Below are positions 8,676 to 16,116 of a stretch of 32,000 nucleotides of DNA, one piece after another. Under the pieces are notes generated by a model, which ran no database searches, was not told the origin of the DNA, and saw only the letters and a list, made by a program, of their open reading frames with translations. The translations under genes and the position numbers were made by a program. The stretch comes from Pseudomonas aeruginosa (GTDB lineage Bacteria; Pseudomonadota; Gammaproteobacteria; Pseudomonadales; Pseudomonadaceae), in contig NZ_LN831024.1 in the NCBI RefSeq assembly GCF_001457615.1, positions 300,001 through 332,000 on the forward strand. The letters are read 5' to 3'. Position 1 is the stretch's first letter. Every line of letters starts with the position of its first letter.

Positions 8676-8700
8676 CTTTATAGGTAAAGTGGTTATAAGA

Positions 8701-8724
8701 CGGCGAAGCGGCCCGGCTTCGCCG
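8701..8724 (-). terminator. Hairpin terminator after the PAS-GGDEF-EAL gene
   Basis: cggcgaagc (8701-8709) pairs with gcttcgccg (8716-8724) around a 6-nt loop. It starts 7 nt after the stop codon (8731-8733) and is followed on the minus strand by UCUUAUAACC. Confidence 0.6.
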
Positions 8725-8730
8725 CCAGGC

Positions 8731-11013
8731 TCAGTCTTCCGGCAGCGCCACGGGCGGCAGGTCGAAGCGCAGCGCTTCCGCCGGTTGCGGCCGTCCGTAC
8801 CAGTAGCCTTGGCCGAAGTCGCAGCCATGTTCGCGCAGGAACAGCGCCTGGTCCTGATGCTCGATGCCCTCGGCAACCACCCGCAGCCCCATGCTTTGCG
8901 CCAGGGCAACGATCGCCCGGGCGATCGCGGCGTCGTCCACCGCGCCGGGCAGGCCGGCGACGAAGCCCTGGTCGATCTTCAGCTTGTGCACCGGCAGCCG
9001 CTTGAGGCGCATCAGCGAGGAATAGCCGGTGCCGAAGTCGTCGATGGCCAGGTTCACGCCGAGGATGCGCAGGCGGCAGAGCAGGTTGAGGGACTGTTCG
9101 AAGTCCTCCATCACCGCGCTTTCGGTGACTTCCAGCTCCAGGTAGCGGGGCTCCAGCCCGGACTCTTCCAGGGCGTTGGCGATCCTTTCCTCCAGGCCGC
9201 CGCGGTTGAACAGCCGGCTGGAGACGTTGACCGCGACGAACTCCAGTTCGACGCCGCGCTGTTGCCATTCGCGCATCTGCCGGCAGGCCCGCTTGAGCAC
9301 CCAATTGTCCAGCGCGGCGATCAGCCCGCATTCCTCCGCCACCGGGACGAACTCGCCTGGCGGCACCAGGCCGCGCTCGGGATGCTGCCAGCGCACCAGC
9401 GACTCGACGCCGACGATCCGCCCGCTGGCCAGGTCGTGCACCGGCTGGTAGTGGACGCGCAGTTCGTCGTGATCCAGCGCATGGCGCAGGGCCGATTCCA
9501 CCTGGACATGGGCGCGGGCCCGGGCGGTCAGCACGCGGGTGTAGAAGGCGTAGGCGTTACGCCCGCTGTCCTTGGCCTGGAACAGCGCGGCGTCGGCATG
9601 CTGCATCAGGTGGTCGACGTCGCTGGCGTCTTCCGGGTAGAGGCTGACACCGAGGCTGGCGCTGATATAGATCGGCTGGCAGTGGATGTCGAACGGCGCG
9701 TTGAAACCGTCGAGTATGCGCTGCGAGAGTCGCGCGACGGCTTCCGGGTCGTCGTTCTCGACGAGGATGGCGAATTCGTCGCCGCCCAGTCGCGACAGCA
9801 GGCAGCGCTCGTCGAGCTGGTGTTGCAGGCGCTTGCTGACCTCCTTGAGGAGCATGTCGCCAGTTGTATGGCCGAGGCTGTCGTTGATGTGCTTGAAGTG
9901 GTCGAGGTCGATCAGCAGCAGGGCCCCGGCCACCGTCCGGTCCTTGCCGTTCTCCAGCGCCTGCTCGATGCGCTCGCGCAGCAGCACGCGGTTGGGCAGG
10001 CCGGTCAGCGAGTCGTGGTGGGCGAGGAAGTCCAGCTCGTTCTCCGAGCGCTTGATGCTGCTCAGGTCGGAGAACACCCCGACGTAGTGGGTCAGCTGGC
10101 CCTGGTCGTTGCGCACCGCGCGGATGTGCAGCCACTGCGGGTAGATCTCGCCGCTCTTGCGACGGTTCCAGATCTCTCCGCTCCAGACGTCCTGCTCGCG
10201 CAGGGCCAGCCACAGGCGCTGGTAGAACGCCTGGTCCTGGCGGCCGGAGCGGAGGATCGCCGGGGTCTTGCCGAGCACGTCCTCGGAACGGTAGCCGGTG
10301 ATGCGCTCGAAGGAAGGGTTGACGTGCACGATCACCGCCTGGGCGTCGGTGACCAGAACGCCCTCGCGGGTGCTGTCGAACACCGCCGCGGCCTGGCGCA
10401 GGTGGTCTTCCTTGAGCCGCTGCAGGGTGATGTCGCGGGCCACGCCAGTGTAGTGCAGCGGCTTGCCCAGGGCGTCGCGGAGGACCCGGCCGCGCGAGTG
10501 GATCCAGCGGTAGTCGCCGTCCTTGTGGCGCAGGCGGTAGATGTGGTCGAGATTGTCGGTCAGGCCCTGCAGGTGGTTGCGGTGGGCCTCCAGCACGGTG
10601 GCGTACTCTTCGGGGTGCAGGCGCTTCTTCCAGGTCTCGATGGGGTCGCCGAGTTCCTCCGGAGCGAGGCCGATCAGCGCGGCGTAGCCCGGCGAGACGA
10701 ACATCCGGTCGGTCACCAGGTCCCAGTCCCAGAGTCCGTCGCGCACCGCTTCCAGGGCGCGGTTCAGGCGCTGCTCGCTGCCGTGCAGTTCGTCGTAGGC
10801 CTGGGCCTTGCGGCGGAACTGGCGTACCAGGTAGAGGTACAGGAGCAGGCCGGTTGCGGCGAAGAAGAACAGCCGCTTGGCGGTCATCCAGAACACCAGT
10901 TGGTCGTGGTCCTGGACCTGGTTTTGTAACAAATGATCGCTCAGGAACGCCCAGGCGATGGCGATTGCGAGATAAGCCAGGCTCAGGCGAAGGGCACTCA
11001 GGCGGGGGCTCAT
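8731..11013 (-). CDS. Membrane-anchored PAS/PAC-GGDEF-EAL c-di-GMP signalling protein
   Basis: The track start 11031 is a TTG; I use ATG 11013 (760 aa, MSPRLSALRLSLAYLAIAIAWAFL...). Two N-terminal TM segments and two PAS/PAC-like regions. GGDEF motif in RLGGDEFAIL. EAL domain with ESL in GVESLVRWQHP plus ELEVTES, DDFGTGYSSL, KIDQGF, VAEGIE and GQGY. Confidence 0.93.
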   Translation of the reverse strand: MSPRLSALRLSLAYLAIAIAWAFLSDHLLQNQVQDHDQLVFWMTAKRLFFFAATGLLLYLYLVRQFRRKAQAYDELHGSEQRLNRALEAVRDGLWDWDLVTDRMFVSPGYAALIGLAPEELGDPIETWKKRLHPEEYATVLEAHRNHLQGLTDNLDHIYRLRHKDGDYRWIHSRGRVLRDALGKPLHYTGVARDITLQRLKEDHLRQAAAVFDSTREGVLVTDAQAVIVHVNPSFERITGYRSEDVLGKTPAILRSGRQDQAFYQRLWLALREQDVWSGEIWNRRKSGEIYPQWLHIRAVRNDQGQLTHYVGVFSDLSSIKRSENELDFLAHHDSLTGLPNRVLLRERIEQALENGKDRTVAGALLLIDLDHFKHINDSLGHTTGDMLLKEVSKRLQHQLDERCLLSRLGGDEFAILVENDDPEAVARLSQRILDGFNAPFDIHCQPIYISASLGVSLYPEDASDVDHLMQHADAALFQAKDSGRNAYAFYTRVLTARARAHVQVESALRHALDHDELRVHYQPVHDLASGRIVGVESLVRWQHPERGLVPPGEFVPVAEECGLIAALDNWVLKRACRQMREWQQRGVELEFVAVNVSSRLFNRGGLEERIANALEESGLEPRYLELEVTESAVMEDFEQSLNLLCRLRILGVNLAIDDFGTGYSSLMRLKRLPVHKLKIDQGFVAGLPGAVDDAAIARAIVALAQSMGLRVVAEGIEHQDQALFLREHGCDFGQGYWYGRPQPAEALRFDLPPVALPED

Positions 11014-11184
11014 GGGATTTTCAGTGGGCAATTATTGGCCGGGCAGTATAAATGATGGCCATCCGGCCCTGTTCATATCTAAAAGAACGGATGGTAATCC
11101 CCAGCCGCTTGGTGATAATGCCCCCAGGTTTTGTCAGACAAGGCCCTTATCACTCCCAAGTCCCCCCGAGGTTCAGTACCGCCT

Positions 11185-12363
11185 ATGTGGTTCAACGGTT
11201 TTCTCGACCTGTCGCCGTGGCAACTGGTGGCAGTTACCCTGGTGCTGACGCATATCACCATCGTCAGCGTGACCGTCTACCTGCATCGCTATTCCGCCCA
11301 CCGTGCACTCGACCTGCACCCCGCGCTGCAGCACTTCTTCCGTTTCTGGTTGTGGTTGACCACAGGGATGAACACGCGCGAATGGACCGCGATCCACCGT
11401 AAGCACCATGCCAAGTGCGAGACCGTCGAGGATCCGCACAGCCCGGTGCACAAGGGCCTGTTCACCGTCCTGCGCGCAGGCGCGGAGCTGTACAAGGCCG
11501 AGGCGAAGAACCAGGACACCCTGCGCATCTACGGCAAGAACTGCCCGGACGACTGGATCGAGCGCAATCTCTACTCGCGCTTCCCGATCGGCGGCGTGGT
11601 GCTGATGGCGCTCATCGACCTGGCCCTGTTCGGCGCCCTTGGCCTGACCGTCTGGGCCGTGCAGATGGTATGGATTCCGTTCTGGGCCGCCGGCGTGGTC
11701 AACGGCCTCGGCCACGCGGTCGGCTATCGCAACTTCGAATGCCGCGACGCCGCCACCAACTTGGTGCCCTGGGGCATCCTCATCGGCGGCGAAGAGCTGC
11801 ACAACAACCACCACACCTACCCGAACTCGGCCAAGCTGTCGGTGAAGAAGTGGGAATTCGACCTGGGCTGGGCCTGGATCAAGCTGTTCAGCTTCCTGCG
11901 CCTGGCCAGGGTCGCCCGGGTCGCGCCGATCGCCCATCGGGTCGAGGGCAAGCACAGCCTGGACATGGACACCGCCATGGCGATCCTCAACAACCGCTTC
12001 CAGATCATGGCGCAGTACCGCAAGCTGGTGATCGCGCCGCTGGTCAAGCAGGAAGTGGCCAAGGCCGACGAGTCGGTGCGCCACCTGTTCCGCCGCGCCA
12101 AGCGCCTGCTGTCGCGCGAGACCAGCCTGCTGCAGGACCGCCACCACGTGCGCATCGACTCGATGCTCGCCCACAGCCAGGCGCTGAAGGTGATCTACGA
12201 GAAGCGCCTGGCGTTGCAGCAGATCTGGGCCAAGACCAGCGCCAACGGCCACGACATGCTGGCGGCGATCAAGGACTGGGTGCATGAGGCGGAAGCCAGC
12301 GGTATCCAGTCGCTGAAGGAGTTCGCCGCGCAACTGAAGACCTACTCGCTGCGTCCCGCCTGA
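11185..12363 (+). CDS. desA: Membrane delta-9 fatty-acid (phospholipid acyl chain) desaturase
   Basis: The track start 11131 is TTG; the first ATG is 11185 (MWFNGFLDLSPWQLVAVTLVLTHITIV...), giving 392 aa. Histidine boxes HRYSAH, HRKHH and HNNHH. Position matches PA0286 desA (memory). It carries a C-terminal ~100-aa helical tail beyond the desaturase core. Confidence 0.92.
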   Translation: MWFNGFLDLSPWQLVAVTLVLTHITIVSVTVYLHRYSAHRALDLHPALQHFFRFWLWLTTGMNTREWTAIHRKHHAKCETVEDPHSPVHKGLFTVLRAGAELYKAEAKNQDTLRIYGKNCPDDWIERNLYSRFPIGGVVLMALIDLALFGALGLTVWAVQMVWIPFWAAGVVNGLGHAVGYRNFECRDAATNLVPWGILIGGEELHNNHHTYPNSAKLSVKKWEFDLGWAWIKLFSFLRLARVARVAPIAHRVEGKHSLDMDTAMAILNNRFQIMAQYRKLVIAPLVKQEVAKADESVRHLFRRAKRLLSRETSLLQDRHHVRIDSMLAHSQALKVIYEKRLALQQIWAKTSANGHDMLAAIKDWVHEAEASGIQSLKEFAAQLKTYSLRPA

Positions 12364-12400
12364 CGCCTGGCGCGCCCTCGCGGGTGCGTCAGCCGCCTCT

Positions 12401-12436
12401 GCAACGCGCCGGCTCCTGCCGGCGCGTTGCGTTTCG
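12401..12436 (+). terminator. Rho-independent terminator after desA
   Basis: Perfect 13-bp stem gcaacgcgccggc (12401-12413) / gccggcgcgttgc (12418-12430) with loop tcct, followed by gtttcgg. A second hairpin ggcgtcgc/gcgacgcc follows at 12436-12455. Confidence 0.75.
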
Positions 12437-12591
12437 GCGTCGCCAGTGCGACGCCCCGCCGATACTTCTCTTCCTCCGCAAGTCGACTTGCCCGATCCGG
12501 GATTCAGCCCGGGCGGCGCCCGGCCTATCTTCGGCGTGCCCAGGCGCCACGCCGGGCGTCACGCAGAACAACAAGAAAAGGAGCGCGGGCG

Positions 12592-13977
12592 ATGTTGCTG
12601 GATTACCTGATCATGCTGGTCTACGCCCTGGCCATGCTGGGCCTGGGCTGGTACGGAATGCGCAAGGCGAAGAGCCAGAGCGATTTCCTCGTCGCCGGAC
12701 GCCGCCTCGGCCCCGGCCTCTACCTGGGAACCATGGCCGCGGTGGTGCTCGGCGGCGCGTCGACCATCGGTACGGTCAAGCTCGGCTACCAGTTCGGCCT
12801 GTCCGGCTTGTGGCTGGTGTTCATGCTCGGCCTGGGGATCATCGTCCTCAGCCTGGTGTTCTCGCGGCAGATCGCGCGCCTGCGGGTGTTCACCGTGACC
12901 CAGGTGCTGGAGCAGCGCTACCAGGCCTCCTCGCGCCTGATCGGCGGGGTGGTCATGGTCGCCTACGACCTGATGGTGGCGGTCACCGCGACCATCGCCA
13001 TCGGCTCGGTCACCGAGGTGGTATTCGGCATCCCGCGGATCCCGGCGATCCTCTGCGGTGGCGGGATCGTCATCGTCTATTCGGTGATCGGCGGCATGTG
13101 GTCCCTTACGCTGACCGACATCATCCAGTTCGTGATCAAGACCGTCGGTATCTTCCTGGTCTTGCTGCCGTTGTCGATCGACGGCGCCGGTGGCCTGGCG
13201 CGCATGCAGGAGGTGCTGCCGGCGGGCTTCTTCGACCTCGGCCACATCGGCCTGGATACCATCCTCACCTACTTCCTCCTGTACTTCTTCGGCGCGCTGA
13301 TCGGCCAGGACATCTGGCAGCGGGTGTTCACCGCGCGCAGCGAGACGGTGGTGCGCTACGCCGGGCTTGGCGCCGGCGTCTACTGCATGCTCTACGGCGC
13401 CGCCTGCGCGCTGATCGGCGCGGCGGCGCGGGTCCTCCTGCCGGACCTGGCGGTGCCGGAGAACGCCTACGCCGAGATCACCCGCGAGGTACTGGCGCCG
13501 GGCCTGCGCGGCCTGGTGGTGGCGGCCGCGCTGTCGGCGATCATGTCCACCGCCAGCGGGTGCCTGCTGGCGGCGGCCACCGTGCTGCAGGAAGACATCT
13601 ACGCGCGCTTCCTCCGCCCCGGTACCACCAGCGACATCCGTCTGAGCCGTTGCATCACCCTGCTGATGGGCGTGGCGATGCTGGTCCTGGCGTGCCTGGT
13701 CAACGATGTCATCGCGGCCCTGAGCATCGCCTACAACCTGCTGGTCGGCGGCCTGCTGGTGCCGATCGTCGGCGCGCTGCTGTGGCGTCGGGCCAGTCCG
13801 CAGGGAGCGATCGCCAGCATCGTCGCCGGTTGCCTGGCGGTGATCGCCTGCATGGCCCGCGACGGCCTGCTCGCCAACTCGCCGATCGTCTACGGCCTGC
13901 TGGCCAGCCTGGCGACCTTCGTCGCGGTCAGCCTGGCTACCCGTCCTGCCGCCAGCCTGCGAGCCCAGCCGGAATGA
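12592..13977 (+). CDS. gpuP: Sodium:solute symporter family transporter (3-guanidinopropionate uptake)
   Basis: The track start 12427 is TTG; ATG 12592 has AAAGGAG 8 nt upstream (MLLDYLIMLVYALAMLGLGWYGMRKAKSQSDFLVAGRRLG...), giving 461 aa with ~12-13 TM segments and an SSS-like N-terminus. Gene name comes from the remembered PA0287 annotation and its linkage to gpuA. Confidence 0.88.
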   Translation: MLLDYLIMLVYALAMLGLGWYGMRKAKSQSDFLVAGRRLGPGLYLGTMAAVVLGGASTIGTVKLGYQFGLSGLWLVFMLGLGIIVLSLVFSRQIARLRVFTVTQVLEQRYQASSRLIGGVVMVAYDLMVAVTATIAIGSVTEVVFGIPRIPAILCGGGIVIVYSVIGGMWSLTLTDIIQFVIKTVGIFLVLLPLSIDGAGGLARMQEVLPAGFFDLGHIGLDTILTYFLLYFFGALIGQDIWQRVFTARSETVVRYAGLGAGVYCMLYGAACALIGAAARVLLPDLAVPENAYAEITREVLAPGLRGLVVAAALSAIMSTASGCLLAAATVLQEDIYARFLRPGTTSDIRLSRCITLLMGVAMLVLACLVNDVIAALSIAYNLLVGGLLVPIVGALLWRRASPQGAIASIVAGCLAVIACMARDGLLANSPIVYGLLASLATFVAVSLATRPAASLRAQPE

Positions 13978-14032
13978 ACCCACCGCGCCGGGCGGCGCCC
14001 GGCGCTTTCTTCCCGCCACACGGAGACGCCCC

Positions 14033-14989
14033 ATGTCGAACGACCATCCGCAGCCCCTCGACGCCGCCGAGATTCCACGCTTCGCCGGCATCCCGACCTT
14101 CATGCGCCTGCCGGCGTTCACCGACCCGGCGGCGCTGCAGGTCGGCCTGATCGGCGTGCCCTGGGATGGCGGCACCACCAACCGCGCCGGTGCCCGCCAT
14201 GGCCCGCGCGAGGTGCGCAACCTGTCCAGCCTGATGCGCAAGGTGCATCACGTCAGCCGCATCGCGCCCTACGACCTGGTGCGGGTCGGCGACCTCGGTG
14301 ATGCGCCGGTGAATCCCATCGACCTGCTCGATTCGCTGCGCCGAATCGAAGGCTTCTATCGCCAGGTCCATGCCGCCGGTACCCTGCCGCTGTCGGTCGG
14401 TGGCGACCACCTGGTGACCCTGCCGATCTTTCGCGCCCTGGGTCGCGAGCGGCCGCTGGGCATGGTGCATTTCGATGCGCATTCCGATACCAACGACCGC
14501 TACTTCGGCGACAACCCCTACACCCACGGCACGCCATTCCGCCGGGCCATCGAGGAAGGTCTGCTCGACCCGCTGCGCACGGTGCAGATCGGCATTCGCG
14601 GCTCGGTGTATTCGCCGGACGACGACGCTTTCGCCCGCGAGTGCGGCATCCGCGTGATCCACATGGAAGAGTTCGTCGAACTGGGCGTCGAGGCGACCCT
14701 GGCCGAAGCCCGGCGGGTGGTGGGCGACGGGCCGACCTATGTGAGTTTCGACGTCGACGTGCTCGACCCGGCCTTCGCGCCTGGCACCGGCACCCCGGAG
14801 ATCGGCGGCATGACCAGCCTCCAGGCCCAGCAACTGGTCCGCGGCCTGCGCGGGCTGGACCTGGTCGGCGCCGACGTGGTGGAAGTCTCGCCGCCGTTCG
14901 ATGTCGGCGGCGCCACGGCGCTGGTGGGGGCGACCATGATGTTCGAACTGCTCTGCCTGCTTGCCGAGTCGGCCGCGCGAAGCGCCTGA
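14033..14989 (+). CDS. gpuA: Ureohydrolase (arginase/agmatinase family), 3-guanidinopropionase
   Basis: 318 aa, GGAG 7 nt upstream of the ATG. Manganese-ligand motifs of the family: SVGGDHLVT, HFDAHSDT, SFDVDVLDPAFAPGTGTPE, DVVEVSP. Confidence 0.93.
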   Translation: MSNDHPQPLDAAEIPRFAGIPTFMRLPAFTDPAALQVGLIGVPWDGGTTNRAGARHGPREVRNLSSLMRKVHHVSRIAPYDLVRVGDLGDAPVNPIDLLDSLRRIEGFYRQVHAAGTLPLSVGGDHLVTLPIFRALGRERPLGMVHFDAHSDTNDRYFGDNPYTHGTPFRRAIEEGLLDPLRTVQIGIRGSVYSPDDDAFARECGIRVIHMEEFVELGVEATLAEARRVVGDGPTYVSFDVDVLDPAFAPGTGTPEIGGMTSLQAQQLVRGLRGLDLVGADVVEVSPPFDVGGATALVGATMMFELLCLLAESAARSA

Positions 14990-15041
14990 CGGCGTTCCGC
15001 CGGCCTGGCTTTGGCGCTATAACGAAGGCGGACCGAACGCC

Positions 15042-16004
15042 ATGGGGGCGGGAATGCTGGGCAACCTCAACGACATCGACCTGCGCATGCTGCGCACCTT
15101 CTGCGCCATCGTCGAGGCCGGCGGCTTCACTGCCGCCCAGGCGCGCCTGAACACCAGCCTGTCGCGCCTGAGCGTGCTGGTGCGCGACTTGGAGGTGCGC
15201 CTGGGCTATTCCCTGTGCCGGCGCGGCAACGGCGGTTTCCAGTTGACCGAGGAGGGGCAGGAGCTCTACGACGCCGCGCTCGGCCTGTTCAGCGACATCG
15301 CCCGTTTCCGCGAGCAGGTCCGCGGCCTCGGCGGGCGCGATCGCGAGGCGTTGCACCTGGGCTGCGTCGATGGCGTCATCGGCCAGCATTGCCTGCCGTT
15401 GCCGCTGGCCATCCGGCTGTTTCGCCAGCGCGCCCCGGAGGTGCTGCTCAAGCTGCACACGCGGCGTCCCGACGAACTCGAGCACGCGGTGCTGGAAGAG
15501 CGCCTGCAACTGGCGGTGGGGGCCTTTCACCACCGGTTGTCCGGGCTCTACTACCAACCCCTGTTCCGCGAGGAGCAGAACCTCTATTGCGGCAGCGCGC
15601 ACCCCTTCTTCGCCCGGGCGGACGACGAGCCGACACTGGACGAGATCTGCGCCGCCGACTATGTCGGCCGCGGCTACATGGCGGAAAACCATCGCCCGCA
15701 CGACCTGCGCTTCAACCAGGGGACCGACGCCTACACCATGGAGGCCATCGCTACCCTGGTCTTCAGCGGCACCTACATCGGCTACCTGCCGACGCACTAT
15801 GCCGCCACCTGGGTCGCCGAAGGGCGCATGCGGGCGATCCGGCCACGGCAACTGGCCTACGACTCGGAATTCCATTGCATTACCCGTCAGGGACACGAAG
15901 AACGACCGACCCTGACCCTGTTCCTGCGCTCGCTGTTCGAGGCGCAGAAACAACTGGGCGTGCAGGCTCCGGCGAATACGAACGGCATCGCTCGGCAATT
16001 GTGA
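15042..16004 (+). CDS. gpuR: LysR-family transcriptional regulator
   Basis: The track start 14961 is TTG. The first ATGs are 15042 (MGAGMLGNLNDIDLRML...) and 15054, so the start is uncertain by 4 codons. N-terminal LysR HTH LRMLRTFCAIVEAGGFTAAQARLNTSLSRLSVLVRDLEVRLG and a C-terminal substrate-binding-like domain. Confidence 0.85.
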   Translation: MGAGMLGNLNDIDLRMLRTFCAIVEAGGFTAAQARLNTSLSRLSVLVRDLEVRLGYSLCRRGNGGFQLTEEGQELYDAALGLFSDIARFREQVRGLGGRDREALHLGCVDGVIGQHCLPLPLAIRLFRQRAPEVLLKLHTRRPDELEHAVLEERLQLAVGAFHHRLSGLYYQPLFREEQNLYCGSAHPFFARADDEPTLDEICAADYVGRGYMAENHRPHDLRFNQGTDAYTMEAIATLVFSGTYIGYLPTHYAATWVAEGRMRAIRPRQLAYDSEFHCITRQGHEERPTLTLFLRSLFEAQKQLGVQAPANTNGIARQL

Positions 16005-16116
16005 TCAAGCGCACTGGCTGGAGCCTTTCCCTGCCGTTCGGCGGGCATTTCTGTATCGCCGCGACCCCTGCGCTAAGTTGGCGGTCGAACCCGTTCCGCG
16101 AGCAGAGCGACGATCC

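Noticed and set aside
8689-10929. 746-aa plus-strand ORF
   Set aside because: It mirrors the PAS-GGDEF-EAL gene on the opposite strand. The composition is dominated by A/V/G/L/Q/D with no motifs, and it starts inside the terminator and promoter region. This is a high-GC antisense artefact.
11014-11184. N-terminal extensions implied by the ORF track for several genes: 11031 (GGDEF-EAL gene), 11131 (desA), 12427 (gpuP), 14961 (gpuR), 16078 (PAS-GGDEF cyclase), 22154 (aguR) and 28803 (spuD)
   Set aside because: I checked the first codon of each and they are TTG or GTG without SD. Downstream in-frame ATGs have SD sequences, restore proper signal peptides or TM starts, and give protein lengths consistent with the families. 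23312 (PA0295-like), 8633 (DUF2292) and 17686 (oprE) are true ATGs but lack an SD or displace the signal peptide, so they are kept only as alternatives.
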